Origin: Verrucomicrobiota bacterium
GTDB lineage: Bacteria; Verrucomicrobiota; Verrucomicrobiia; Opitutales; UBA953
Direction: 5' to 3'
Length of the DNA: 33,235 nucleotides
Assembly (NCBI GenBank): GCA_009917805.1
Contig: RGES01000001.1
Coordinates: forward strand, 1 to 33,235
The notes beneath the pieces were generated by a model. That model did not search any database. It was given only the letters and a program-made list of their open reading frames with translations, and was not told the DNA's origin. Shown piece by piece: positions 15,823 through 24,920 of the stretch; position 1 is the stretch's first letter; each line of letters starts with the position of its first letter. A program made the translations under genes and the position numbers.

Positions 15823-17259
15823 TCAGAGCAGCGTCCCGCGCAAGACCAAGGCGGCGACGACGAAGTAGATCACGAGTCCGGTGACGTCCACGATGGTCGC
15901 CACGAACGGCGCGGCCGCCTTGGCCGGATCGAAGCCGAGCCGGCGGAGCAGGAACGGCAGCATGGCGCCCGAAAGGCTGCCCCAGAGCACGACGCCGACG
16001 AGGGAAAGGAAGATGACGAAACCGATGAGCATCCAATGCGGACCGTAACCGTACTCCTGCCCGCATAGGTTGGGGAAGAATTCGTGCCACACGGCGATGC
16101 GGGCGAAACCGATCACGCCGAGGATGACGCCGAGCGTGAGGCCGCTCATGACCTCGCGACGGAAGACCCGGAACCAATCCCGCAGGGTCACCTCCGACAA
16201 AGCCATCGCCCGGATCACCAGCGCCGAGGACTGGGAGCCTGAATTGCCGCCGGAAGAGATGATCAAGGGCAGGAACAGGGAGAGGACGACGGCCTTCTGG
16301 ATCTCGCCTTCGAAGAAGCCCATCGCGGTGGCGGTGAACATCTCCCCGACGAAGAGGATCACGAGCCAGCCGGCACGCTGGCGGACCAGCTGCATCAACG
16401 GCGTCTCCAGCAACGGCTCGTCGGGCACTTCGGCGCCGCCCAGCAAGGCGATGTCGCGCGCGGCCTCCTCGGTCGCGGTCTCGAGCACGTCGTCGACGGT
16501 GACGATGCCCAGCACCCTGAGCTCGGCGTTGACGACCGGGATGATGGTCCGGGCGTGACGGCGGAACATGGCCAAGGCGTCGGCCCGCGTGGCCGTGACC
16601 TTGAGGTAGAGCGGCGGAGCCGCCGGTAGTTCGGCGACCTTGATCGCGGGATCGGCGCGGAAGATATCGCGGATACGGTGCACTCCGACCAGGCGACCCT
16701 CGGCATCCACCGAGCAGACGACGTGGACGTAATAGACTTCCTTGGCGCGATCACGGACGTGATCCAACGCCTGCTGCACGGTCCAATCCCGGCTGAGCGT
16801 CACGAAGCTGGTGGTCATCATGCGACCCACGCTATCCTTCGGATAACCGAGCAGCTGTACCGCGATGCGCTGCTGGGCGGGGTCGAGCAGGCCGAGAAGC
16901 CGGACGGCATGCTCGGGGCATTCCTCAAGGAAGGCGGTACGATCGTCGTCCGACATCGCGTTCAGGATCTCCGCGGCCTCGTTGGCGCCCAAGGAACGGA
17001 TCAACGCCTCCTGGGCGTCGGAATCCATATAGCCGAAGATCTCCGAGGCGTCGGCCTTGGGCAGAAGACGGAAACTGACGGCCATCTGCACGGGGTCGAG
17101 TTCCCGGAGCAGGTCGGCGGCGTCGGCGTGCGGCAACTCCAGCACCAGCTTGCGCAAGGCCGCGAAATCACGCTTTTCGACAAGGACGCTGATGTCCTCG
17201 ATGTGCTTTGGATTTGCAGACATCGCCCCCATCCTCATCCCATGGGACGCCTTCGGCAA
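15823..17259 (-). CDS. mgtE: Magnesium transporter MgtE
   Basis: An MgtE N-domain (ADLLRELDPVQMAVSFRLLPKADASEIFGYMDSDAQEALI), a CBS pair, and a C-terminal TM domain with SSGGNSGSQS and IVDVTGLVIYF. Alternative in-frame starts lie at 17238, 17232 and 17223. Confidence 0.9.
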   Translation of the reverse strand: MPKASHGMRMGAMSANPKHIEDISVLVEKRDFAALRKLVLELPHADAADLLRELDPVQMAVSFRLLPKADASEIFGYMDSDAQEALIRSLGANEAAEILNAMSDDDRTAFLEECPEHAVRLLGLLDPAQQRIAVQLLGYPKDSVGRMMTTSFVTLSRDWTVQQALDHVRDRAKEVYYVHVVCSVDAEGRLVGVHRIRDIFRADPAIKVAELPAAPPLYLKVTATRADALAMFRRHARTIIPVVNAELRVLGIVTVDDVLETATEEAARDIALLGGAEVPDEPLLETPLMQLVRQRAGWLVILFVGEMFTATAMGFFEGEIQKAVVLSLFLPLIISSGGNSGSQSSALVIRAMALSEVTLRDWFRVFRREVMSGLTLGVILGVIGFARIAVWHEFFPNLCGQEYGYGPHWMLIGFVIFLSLVGVVLWGSLSGAMLPFLLRRLGFDPAKAAAPFVATIVDVTGLVIYFVVAALVLRGTLL

Positions 17260-17272
17260 ACCCTAATCCCCG

Positions 17273-17611
17273 ATGTCCTCCCTGGAACATAACTTCGCGA
17301 TTCCCCTCTGGGCCCTCGTCGACCAATCCAAGGTCGAGGCCGGCAAGTCGGACATGCGCGGCCTGGCCAAGGAACTCGGCAAGTGGCTGGCCCACAATTT
17401 CGACGTCGACCACAAGGGCGTGGCGATCGAGGAACCCTCCGGCACCGAACCCGGCGCGATGCCGATGTTCGTCGTCGCGGGCGTCCAGCAGGAACAGTGG
17501 CATGTGATGGTCGCCCTCGCCCAGACCCGCGCCTGTCAGCTGTTCGTGGTCCTGCCGACCGAAAGCGGCGCCTTCCGCCTCCAGGAACTGAACGTCCCGA
17601 AGCCGGAGTGA
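17273..17611 (+). CDS. Hypothetical protein (112 aa), no recognised family
   Basis: A clean ATG ORF with the host-like GC3 pattern. It is divergent from mgtE, and its stop abuts the stop of the convergent deacetylase gene. Confidence 0.6.
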   Translation: MSSLEHNFAIPLWALVDQSKVEAGKSDMRGLAKELGKWLAHNFDVDHKGVAIEEPSGTEPGAMPMFVVAGVQQEQWHVMVALAQTRACQLFVVLPTESGAFRLQELNVPKPE

Positions 17612-18481
17612 TCAGCCGGCGAAGGCCTTCACGGTCTCGAGATGCAGCTCGGCCACCTGCTCCAAGGTGAGCCCGCCCCACTTGTAGCCGCCGGCCAGGG
17701 CGAAGATGTGCGGGATCTTCCGCGCCCGCGCCCAATGGACGACGACCTTCTCGCGCTTGCGGATCATGTCCTTGGTGATGCCCTTCATGCCGCCGGCCTT
17801 CTCGTAGGTGTCCATGCCGGCGTTGTAGATCAGGAAGTCGACGCGCTCCAAGGAGTGGAGCGCGTCCTCGACATGACCCAGGTAACCACGGGGGTCGTCC
17901 ACCTCGACGTAGAAATGCCGCTCGGGATGCGTCGGCTCCCAGGAGTCGAAGCTGTTGACGGTGACGTCGGCCAGGTAAACCCGCTCATGGTCGCCGAGGA
18001 TGTCGAAGGTACCGCCACCGGCATGGGCATCCAGGTCCAGGATGCCGACGGCTTTCACCTTCTTGAGCGCCTCGAGCGCGGCGAGGGCGAGCCCGTTGAA
18101 CTGGCAGAAACCGTTCCCGGAGTTACGACGCGCATGGTGGAGACCGCTGGACAGACTGCCGGAGCGGCCGTGCTTCAAGGCCTCGCGGACCGCATCGCGC
18201 ATGCCGCCGGTCGAGGCCAGGATGCTGCCCAACAACGCCTGCGACCACGGCCCCACTTCCAGGAAACTGCCCTTGTCCTCGAAGGTGCTGCGCACGTGCT
18301 CCGGCGAATGGATCAGTTCGAGTTCCTTGCGCGTCGCGAGCTTGGGCGCCTCAAGCCACACCTCGCCCGCCTTCCCGGCTTCGATCAGCTCCGCGACCAG
18401 CCGGGATTTGGTGACCGTCTCGGACATGCCTTCGACGACGTAGGCGGGGCTGTAGTAGACGGTGAGCGGCGACTGCGGCAT
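17612..18481 (-). CDS. Histone deacetylase-family (arginase-fold) Zn-dependent deacetylase, short form (~290 aa)
   Basis: GLHHARRNSGNGFCQFNGLA (catalytic HH and GFC.FN) and ILDLDAHAGGGT (DxDxH metal site). I prefer the ATG at 18481 (MPQSPLTVYYSP). The 119 upstream codons of the track ORF look off-composition (R/G-rich). Confidence 0.8.
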   Translation of the reverse strand: MPQSPLTVYYSPAYVVEGMSETVTKSRLVAELIEAGKAGEVWLEAPKLATRKELELIHSPEHVRSTFEDKGSFLEVGPWSQALLGSILASTGGMRDAVREALKHGRSGSLSSGLHHARRNSGNGFCQFNGLALAALEALKKVKAVGILDLDAHAGGGTFDILGDHERVYLADVTVNSFDSWEPTHPERHFYVEVDDPRGYLGHVEDALHSLERVDFLIYNAGMDTYEKAGGMKGITKDMIRKREKVVVHWARARKIPHIFALAGGYKWGGLTLEQVAELHLETVKAFAG

Positions 18482-18586
18482 GACGGTGTTATGCCCGCCG
18501 GATAGACCTCCGTCAAATCGGCCCCCTGTCATAGGTTGCGGTTGGCTTCGGGCGGCCGAGCCCCCATCCTGAGGCCGTCCTTTCCG

Positions 18587-19432
18587 ATGCCCTTCGACCC
18601 CAAGATTCCACGAGAACTCGCTAAAAAACTCGGGCGGGAGGCGATGCAGGTCATCGAACTGGGCCTCTACGCCTCGCCGAGCAGCCGGCAGGTCGACATC
18701 GCCGCCGACATCGCCTCGGCCGTGGCCCGCACGACCCACCTGCCGCCCGACCATCGTCACACCTTTCCCCGGACCGGTCCGCACGCGACGACGATCGAAG
18801 TCACCGAGGAGACGTCGCTCTCCGCGGCCGCCCGGCATGATGCGGCAGGCCTGCGGACGGTCGTGCTGAACTTCGCCTCACCGACGGTGCCGGGCGGCGG
18901 CTTCCTGGCCGGCGAACGCGCCCAGGAGGAATACCATTGCCGGTCCTCCGCCCTCTTCGCCTGCCAGGTCAACGGACCGATGTACGCCTTCCACCTGCAG
19001 CAAGGCAATGCCCTGCGCACGGATGCGATGATCTACTCGCCCGACGTCCCGGTCTTCCGGGCCGACGACCATCGCATGCTCGAGACACCCTTCAAGGTGG
19101 CGTTCGTTTCCGCCGCCGCCTGCGACGCCCGGGACGTCGCCCCGCTCGATCAGCCGAAGATCTCCGGCGCGATGGGCGCCCGCATCGTCAAGGTGCTTGC
19201 GGTCGCCCAAGCCAACGGCCACGACGCCCTGGTCCTAGGGGCCTGGGGCTGCGGCAACTTCGCCAACGACCCCGGGCTCATCGCCGACCTCTTCCGACAG
19301 GCCCTCATGGGTCCCTTCAAGGGCGCGTTCCGACGCGTCACGTTCGCGATCGTCGACACCAGCGCCGACCAGCGATGCCTGAACCAGTTCCGGCTGGCGC
19401 TGACGCAGAAAGCCGCGCCGTCGCATAACTGA
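18587..19432 (+). CDS. TIGR02452/DUF2263-type macrodomain protein (bacterial PARG-like, putative ADP-ribose glycohydrolase)
   Basis: VVLNFASPTVPGGGFLAGERAQEEYHCRSSALF and LVLGAWGCGNFANDP are characteristic of this family. I prefer ATG 18587 over TTG 18536. Confidence 0.8.
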   Translation: MPFDPKIPRELAKKLGREAMQVIELGLYASPSSRQVDIAADIASAVARTTHLPPDHRHTFPRTGPHATTIEVTEETSLSAAARHDAAGLRTVVLNFASPTVPGGGFLAGERAQEEYHCRSSALFACQVNGPMYAFHLQQGNALRTDAMIYSPDVPVFRADDHRMLETPFKVAFVSAAACDARDVAPLDQPKISGAMGARIVKVLAVAQANGHDALVLGAWGCGNFANDPGLIADLFRQALMGPFKGAFRRVTFAIVDTSADQRCLNQFRLALTQKAAPSHN

Positions 19433-19435
19433 GGC

Positions 19436-20704
19436 TCAACCTTTGGCCTGCTTCACCAAGCGACGCAGGATGACCGCCGCTTCCGCCTGACCAGAGGGGA
19501 AGAAGAACACGACGTCGCCGCCCGTGTCCTTGTCGATCTCGATGGCGTTGTTGTAGACGGTGACGTCGAGCACCTTGGCGTACTTGAAGTTCAGGCTCTT
19601 GAGGCTGCCGGAGAAGATGACGCGCTTCGAGGTGAAGACCAGGATGCCGGAATCCACCTTCTCGAGCCGCTGCTCGGTCTGACGCTCGACCTCATAGGAA
19701 CCGGTTCGATAACGCAACGGCCCCCAGATCTTGATGCTGGTGCCGAACCCGCCGTAGCTGCGACGGGTGGTGACTCGCTTGTTGAGGCCAAGCTCCACAT
19801 GCTGCGTCCAGAAACAACCCTCGTTCCCCAGATCCAGCTCGCATGGCACCTCCTTCAGCGGCGAACGGCAGAGCGACCAAAGCCGCTGCGCGCTGTCGAT
19901 CCGGTCGACCAGCTTGTCATCCATGCTCAGATTGATGTCCATCTGCTTGATTTCGGAGGCGAAGGCGGCGTAGGCCGCGGGATCCATGACCTCGCCGCCG
20001 TCCTCTTGTCTCATCAACGCCTTGAGGCGCTGTTCGAAATACGACTGCATGGCGGCGCCGAAAGTCTCCTTGACCTTCTCCTCGGAGAGGGGGACTTCCT
20101 TGCCGAGCAGGTTGATCTGTTCCCTTTTCTGCTGAGGCGGGATATCGCGCAGCAGGACGGTGAGCATGCCGATCCGACAATAACTGGCGAAGGCTTCGCC
20201 GTGGATCGCCTCGGCCGCCGACGCGTCCAAACCGAAACTGCGGGCGAGGTTGCCGAGGTCGGTCTTCTCCTGCGGCGCAAAATAGCGGTCGGACAGATAG
20301 GCTTCGACGGCCTGGCGATACCATTTGAGGAGGTCTTCCCGACAACGCTTGCGGACGTCATAGCCCAGTTTTTCACCCAAGGAAGCCCACGCTTCTTCGG
20401 GGATCAGGCACTGCGTCGGTGCCTTCGAAAGCAGGTCCCAGACGGCCAGCAAGCCGGCCTGATAGCTCTCCCGCCCCAGCATGCCGTCCAACAGGTTGGC
20501 CCCCTTCTCGACCGGACGCGGAAAGGGCAGGACTCGGACCGTAGCCGGCAAGACGGCCAAAGTCAGCCATCCTGCCATGCCAGGCTTCCAGTAATGATCG
20601 GTCGGCTTTAATTCGCCCGAGGCCAGCTTGGAGCGGACCTCATCCGGAGCCCAGGCGCCGATTTCGACGCCGGCGCGGGCGATATGGACCGGTTCGGTTG
20701 ACAT
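19436..20704 (-). CDS. GYF_2-domain protein with a helical middle region and a C-terminal bacterial PH-like region
   Basis: The N-terminus VHIARAGVEIGAWAPDEVRSKLASGELKPTDHYWKPGMAGWLTLAVL fits the GYF_2 pattern. The C-terminus GILVFTSKRVIFSGS...FKYAKVLDVTVYNNAIEID...VVFFF resembles bPH/GRAM-like folds (inference). The ATG at 20704 lies 4 nt after the upstream gene's stop. Confidence 0.75.
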   Translation of the reverse strand: MSTEPVHIARAGVEIGAWAPDEVRSKLASGELKPTDHYWKPGMAGWLTLAVLPATVRVLPFPRPVEKGANLLDGMLGRESYQAGLLAVWDLLSKAPTQCLIPEEAWASLGEKLGYDVRKRCREDLLKWYRQAVEAYLSDRYFAPQEKTDLGNLARSFGLDASAAEAIHGEAFASYCRIGMLTVLLRDIPPQQKREQINLLGKEVPLSEEKVKETFGAAMQSYFEQRLKALMRQEDGGEVMDPAAYAAFASEIKQMDINLSMDDKLVDRIDSAQRLWSLCRSPLKEVPCELDLGNEGCFWTQHVELGLNKRVTTRRSYGGFGTSIKIWGPLRYRTGSYEVERQTEQRLEKVDSGILVFTSKRVIFSGSLKSLNFKYAKVLDVTVYNNAIEIDKDTGGDVVFFFPSGQAEAAVILRRLVKQAKG

Positions 20705-20708
20705 GATC

Positions 20709-21530
20709 TTACTTGAGGCGGAGGAGGATCGCCTCGCCGACCTGGGCGCCGAGGAAGTCGTAGCCTTCGCCGGTGAAGTGGACGTCGTTGGGATTCTGCA
20801 ACTTGGCGAGATGGGGCGTGATCGCGGCGAAGAGGTCGTCGGTCGGGATGCCATGCTTCTTCATGACCTCGGCGGCGAGCGCGTTCTTCTCGACGATCGA
20901 CGCGGCGGTCTGCTTCTGCGCCGGGTTATCCGGGACCGGGGTCGTGCTGGCCCAGATGAGCTTCGCCCCGGTCTTCTCGAGACGGGTTACGATCTCCTCG
21001 AGCCGCTTGACGTAGTCGGCCGCCGGCGTCGCCCGGTCATGGATACCGAAATTGAAATGGATGACGTCCCACTTTCCTTCGCCCAGCCAGACATCGAGGT
21101 TCTTGACGCCCGAGGCGGTCGGGCCGCAGTTCGCCGGCGCGCGATGGATGTTGGCCTTGCCCTCCAGCACCTTGCGGGTGGGCTGGGTATAACCACGCGA
21201 GACGGAATCCCCGATCAGCAGCACACGCGGGAGCTTGGGATCGTCCTTCACGAAGTCCCAGGCGTTGGATTTACCGGCGATCTTATCGCGTTTGTGAAGC
21301 GGCAGGTAGAAATTGCCGAGCTGTCCCTGGAGGACTTTCTCCCAGGCTTGCTCCTCGGGCGAGAGCTTCGCCAACCAGGCCTGATAACGCTCGTCGACGA
21401 CCTTTTCCTGCGCCGCTTTCTTGGCCGCCGCCTGCGCCGCCGCCTCCTTGGCGTTCGTCGGTTCACCTTTCGGGGGTTCGGCGGCGACAAGGGCAAAAGA
21501 AAGGCAGAGCAAAACGAGCAGGGGCTTCAT
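20709..21530 (-). CDS. Secreted SGNH/GDSL-family hydrolase (esterase)
   Basis: A signal peptide MKPLLVLLCLSFALVAA is present. The SGNH blocks are LLIGDSVSRGY (I), ANCGP (II), FNFGIHD (III) and NDVHFT (V). The track ORF extension beyond 21530 overlaps the next gene and is rejected. Confidence 0.85.
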   Translation of the reverse strand: MKPLLVLLCLSFALVAAEPPKGEPTNAKEAAAQAAAKKAAQEKVVDERYQAWLAKLSPEEQAWEKVLQGQLGNFYLPLHKRDKIAGKSNAWDFVKDDPKLPRVLLIGDSVSRGYTQPTRKVLEGKANIHRAPANCGPTASGVKNLDVWLGEGKWDVIHFNFGIHDRATPAADYVKRLEEIVTRLEKTGAKLIWASTTPVPDNPAQKQTAASIVEKNALAAEVMKKHGIPTDDLFAAITPHLAKLQNPNDVHFTGEGYDFLGAQVGEAILLRLK

Positions 21531-21568
21531 GGAGGGGTGGCTTGATGCAATCACCCCAGCCCGGCCCT

Positions 21569-22291
21569 TCAAGCCGTCACTGCCGACAGCGCCTGCGAAA
21601 GGAGCCGTCGGCGATGCGCATAGGTCCGCTGGGCCGCCTCCGGAGAAGCCGCCTGCAAACGCGCCACGCCCTCCGGGCCATTGGCCGCCTGGACAAACTC
21701 CGCATCTTCCTCCGCCCACAGGCAGGCCGTGGGTCCGTCGATCTCGGGATGGAACTGCATCCCGAACGACCGACCTAAGCGGAACATCTGCACCGGGCAG
21801 ACCGGCGTCGACGCCAGCAGCTCGGCCCCCTTCGGCAGTTCGCACCCGTCCCCATGCCAATGCAGCACCTCGATGCTGGCCGGCAGGCCGCGGGTGATGA
21901 TATCCGTACCGACGAAATCCAGCCGCCCCCAGCCGACCTCGCGTTGTCGACGACCTTCCGCATCGGTCATCGGAGCGACCTTCGCCCCGGCGGCATGCGC
22001 GATGAGTTGCATGCCGAGACAGACACCGACGTTCGGCCAGTCCTTGGCGAGGCGCGCACGCAAGAGTTCGACTACCGGAGCAAGCCACGGAGCCGACGGC
22101 TGACCGATATCGGCCACGCCCATCGGGCCGCCCATGACGATGAGCAGGTCATTCTCGCCGAGATCGGCAGGCAAGGCGACGCCGCGGAACGCCTCGACGA
22201 CCTCGATCTGATATCCTGCCTCGGTCAGCAATTCGCCCAACATGCCCGGCCCTTCATGGGCGACATTGGTCAGGCAAACGGCGCGCGGCAT
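21569..22291 (-). CDS. Class I glutamine amidotransferase (GMP synthase-like GATase1 domain protein)
   Basis: The nucleophile elbow GVCLGMQL, VLHWHGD and a terminal FGMQFHPE (His-Glu) are present. The length is 240 aa. Confidence 0.85.
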   Translation of the reverse strand: MPRAVCLTNVAHEGPGMLGELLTEAGYQIEVVEAFRGVALPADLGENDLLIVMGGPMGVADIGQPSAPWLAPVVELLRARLAKDWPNVGVCLGMQLIAHAAGAKVAPMTDAEGRRQREVGWGRLDFVGTDIITRGLPASIEVLHWHGDGCELPKGAELLASTPVCPVQMFRLGRSFGMQFHPEIDGPTACLWAEEDAEFVQAANGPEGVARLQAASPEAAQRTYAHRRRLLSQALSAVTA

Positions 22292-22383
22292 CTTGTCCGC
22301 TGATGTTCAAAGCAGACAGATGCCTGGCAAGTCCGCACGTAACGACCGAGAATTCTGACGAATTTCCGACACCCTGGCCGGCC

Positions 22384-23238
22384 TCAAGGCGTCACGCCGC
22401 TGAGCTTATGCCCGGTCACGACCTTCCAGGCGATCTCCTGCAACAGACGATTGAGCTTCTCGGCTTCGGGGAGCTTCGTCAGCTGGCTGACGACGGGCAA
22501 GCCGACCGGGCTGCGACGATAGATCACCGTGAAATGACAGTAGGCCGAAAGGACGCGGATCTGCGGGCCAGGATGGCCGAGGGCGTCGGTGAAGAGTTCG
22601 TTCTGCGTCCTGATGCCGGGCGCTTCGCCTCGGATGACCTTGTCGCGCAAGGCCAGCACCGCCTCGCCGCTGGGCACGACCGCGATCTTTGCCCCGGGAA
22701 TCCGTGCGTTCAGCTCACGCACGTGGTCTTCGATCAGCTTGAAATAGGGATCATGCTTCGCGCGGAGCTGGACCAGCGTCGCCGTGTCGCGGTCGATGGA
22801 CTTCGGCTTGCTCTTCGAAAGCCAGAGTTCCGGATCCTCGTAAGGCACCCAGTTCTGCTGCAGCGTCAGGCGGAGCCTGGGATTATGCTCAAGCCCCAGC
22901 TTCGTGAAATTCTCGATGCCCGGATCCGGCAGGAACGTCGGCGCCATGGTGAACAGGTCCGCCTTGCCCGCCTCGAGGATCGGCTTCGCCTTGTTCTTGT
23001 CCGGCGGCAGGTCCCAGTGCTGGATGACCTTCGAGCCGCCGATCGAGGAGATCGCCAGCTGCTCATGACCTTGGATCCCGGCGGCCTTCGCCATCTCGGC
23101 GACGAGCGGCGGCATCCACACATGGAAACTATGGCCGGCGGTCAGCACCTTGAGGCCGGCGGGCGCGGGCGCTTGCTCCGCCGCGCCGAGCGAGGTGAGC
23201 AAGGAAAGGATAAGCAACAGAAGCGACGGGATGCGCAT
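22384..23238 (-). CDS. Secreted hypothetical protein (function unknown, possibly a hydrolase-like fold)
   Basis: A signal peptide MRIPSLLLLILSLLTSLGAA and a host-like codon pattern. I cannot verify any catalytic motif with confidence. Confidence 0.65.
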   Translation of the reverse strand: MRIPSLLLLILSLLTSLGAAEQAPAPAGLKVLTAGHSFHVWMPPLVAEMAKAAGIQGHEQLAISSIGGSKVIQHWDLPPDKNKAKPILEAGKADLFTMAPTFLPDPGIENFTKLGLEHNPRLRLTLQQNWVPYEDPELWLSKSKPKSIDRDTATLVQLRAKHDPYFKLIEDHVRELNARIPGAKIAVVPSGEAVLALRDKVIRGEAPGIRTQNELFTDALGHPGPQIRVLSAYCHFTVIYRRSPVGLPVVSQLTKLPEAEKLNRLLQEIAWKVVTGHKLSGVTP

Positions 23239-23338
23239 GCGGCTATCCTTCCGGCCGCCCCCGAAGCGTCAATCCCGACCACGCCGGGAAGAGCGGCGGT
23301 GTCGGGATTGCGTCAGGCCCTGTATCGAAAATACCGGC

Positions 23339-24829
23339 TTACTTGCTCGAACGATAAGGACCGGCCGGGAGGCCGTCCTTGCCCGCGGAAAAGACGCTGA
23401 CTTCCGGGAAGTTGGCCCAGGCATAACGGACTTCCTTGGGCTCCTTCACGCCGGCGGCGGAGACGGTGACTTGGACACCTTCGGCCTTGGCCTGCGCGAA
23501 GACCCACTTGCCGTCGGCGGCGAGCAAGCCGAAGCCCTTGCCGTCGTTGTTCAGGATCACGGCGCGGTCATAGGTAAGGACCCAGGCATCGCCCTTGCGC
23601 TCGGCCTTCACGACGCGGGGGGCTTCGCCGTCGGTACGGGTCTTGTAGACGCGCTGCAAGGCGACGGCGGCGAGTCGCTCGCCGATCGGGAGCTTGTTCT
23701 TCGGGTGGATGTCCTTCTCGTCGCCGAGGTCGATGTTCACGGTCTGCATCGCGCCCGGGACGTTGTCGGCGATCCACTCCATGGATTCGCGGATCTTCGG
23801 CCAGCCGGCGTCTTCGACGGCGAGCTCCGGATGACGGGCCATGAAGCGAGGGAGCTGGACGATGATGAAGGGGAATTCCCTGCCCCAGGCCTTCTGCCAG
23901 GACTTGATCATGGAGCCGAGCACCCACTTGTAGGCCTCGGGCTGGCCGGCGTTGGATTCGCCCTGATACCAGAGGGCGCCGCGGAAGGAGTAACCGACGA
24001 ACGGAGCGACCATGCCGTTCCAGTTCATGTGCGGACCGTTGGACCAGACCGGGGCGAGCTTGCCGGCATCCTGCCTGAGCTTGGCCAAGGCGGCCTTGTC
24101 CTTTTCCGCGGCGATCTTCGCCGTGAGCTTCTCGAGCGCGGCGGCTCGCGCCTTGATGCCGGCGGCTTCCTTCGCGTCGAAGTCCTTGGCGTCAGGCACG
24201 TCGGCATACATGCCCTTCGGACCCCAGGCCTCGGCGCGCGTGCCACCGATGGAAGTATGGATCACGCCGACCGGCTGCTTGAGGTTGGCGCGCAGTTCAC
24301 GGGCGAAATAGAAACCGGCCGCGGTGAAAAATTCGACGGTGTCAGGGGCGGCGAGTTTCCAGGCCCCCTGGACGTCGTCGGCCGGCTCGGCCTTCGGCGT
24401 ACGGGCGACGGTGAAGACGCGCAGGCCGGCGTCGGCCGGACGGGACCTGGCCTCCTCGGCGGTGGTGGTGTTCTTGACGACCCACTCCATGTTGGACTGG
24501 CCGGAGCCGATCCAGACTTCGCCGACGATGACGTCATGCGCGGTGAAGACTTCCTCGCCTGAGCTGACCACGAGGTCCTTGCCTTGCTCGGTCGGCTTGA
24601 GGCCGCCGAGGGTGACGCTCCACTTGCCGTCGTTGCCGGCGGTGGCGGCAGCCTCGGCGGAGCCGAGCTTGACGCTGACCTTGGCGCCCGGGTGCGCCTT
24701 GCCGAAGACGGCGGCGTCACCGGCCTGCAGGACGGCATGATCGGAGAACAGGGCGACCAGCTTGAGCTCTCCGGCGGAGACGAGCGCGGAAGAGCAAAGC
24801 ACGACGAGGGCGGCGAGGCGGGGTAGCAT
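23339..24829 (-). CDS. Sialate O-acetylesterase-like (SASA/DUF303-type) carbohydrate esterase, secreted
   Basis: The hallmark GEVWIGSGQSNMEW, then GALWYQGESN and HPKNK motifs. A signal peptide MLPRLAALVVLCSSALVSA follows from ATG 24829. The track ORF opens at 24847. Confidence 0.85.
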   Translation of the reverse strand: MLPRLAALVVLCSSALVSAGELKLVALFSDHAVLQAGDAAVFGKAHPGAKVSVKLGSAEAAATAGNDGKWSVTLGGLKPTEQGKDLVVSSGEEVFTAHDVIVGEVWIGSGQSNMEWVVKNTTTAEEARSRPADAGLRVFTVARTPKAEPADDVQGAWKLAAPDTVEFFTAAGFYFARELRANLKQPVGVIHTSIGGTRAEAWGPKGMYADVPDAKDFDAKEAAGIKARAAALEKLTAKIAAEKDKAALAKLRQDAGKLAPVWSNGPHMNWNGMVAPFVGYSFRGALWYQGESNAGQPEAYKWVLGSMIKSWQKAWGREFPFIIVQLPRFMARHPELAVEDAGWPKIRESMEWIADNVPGAMQTVNIDLGDEKDIHPKNKLPIGERLAAVALQRVYKTRTDGEAPRVVKAERKGDAWVLTYDRAVILNNDGKGFGLLAADGKWVFAQAKAEGVQVTVSAAGVKEPKEVRYAWANFPEVSVFSAGKDGLPAGPYRSSK

Positions 24830-24920
24830 CCGGCCAGCACACCCCATTCTCGGAGGATGGCAAGTCCGACCCCGAAAGACGGTTGAAACTCCCGGGGCAA
24901 GGCGCTGTTATATCGTTACT

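Noticed and set aside
15818-15825. Palindromes at abutting convergent stop codons (TGAGCTCA here, TGATCA at 17609-17614, TGAGGCTCA at 19430-19438)
   Set aside because: They are a trivial consequence of TGA stops on both strands in a compact genome, not a designed motif. They do imply that any terminators lie inside the neighbouring coding sequence.
17224-17272. An M-box (Mg2+) riboswitch upstream of mgtE
   Set aside because: Only about 14-50 nt separate mgtE from the divergent gene at 17273, far too short for a ~160-nt M-box.
18482-18838. A 119-codon N-terminal extension of the deacetylase ORF
   Set aside because: The extension is R/G-rich with non-protein-like composition and would overlap the divergent macrodomain gene. 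The homologous region begins at the Met at 18481.
21531-22088. A 186-codon upstream extension of the SGNH hydrolase ORF
   Set aside because: It overlaps the GATase1 gene in another frame. The internal Met at 21530 gives a canonical signal peptide.
23271-23309. A 9-bp inverted repeat (AATCCCGAC ... GTCGGGATT) between the sialate esterase and the next gene
   Set aside because: It has a 21-nt loop and no U-tract on the transcribed (minus) strand. It could be a weak terminator or an operator, but the evidence is insufficient.
24883-24914. A sigma70-like promoter (TTGAAA ... TGTTATATC) upstream of the LTXXQ gene
   Set aside because: The spacer is ~18-20 nt depending on register, and the -10 element would lie only ~7 nt from the ATG. 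It is plausible but I cannot support it without transcript data.
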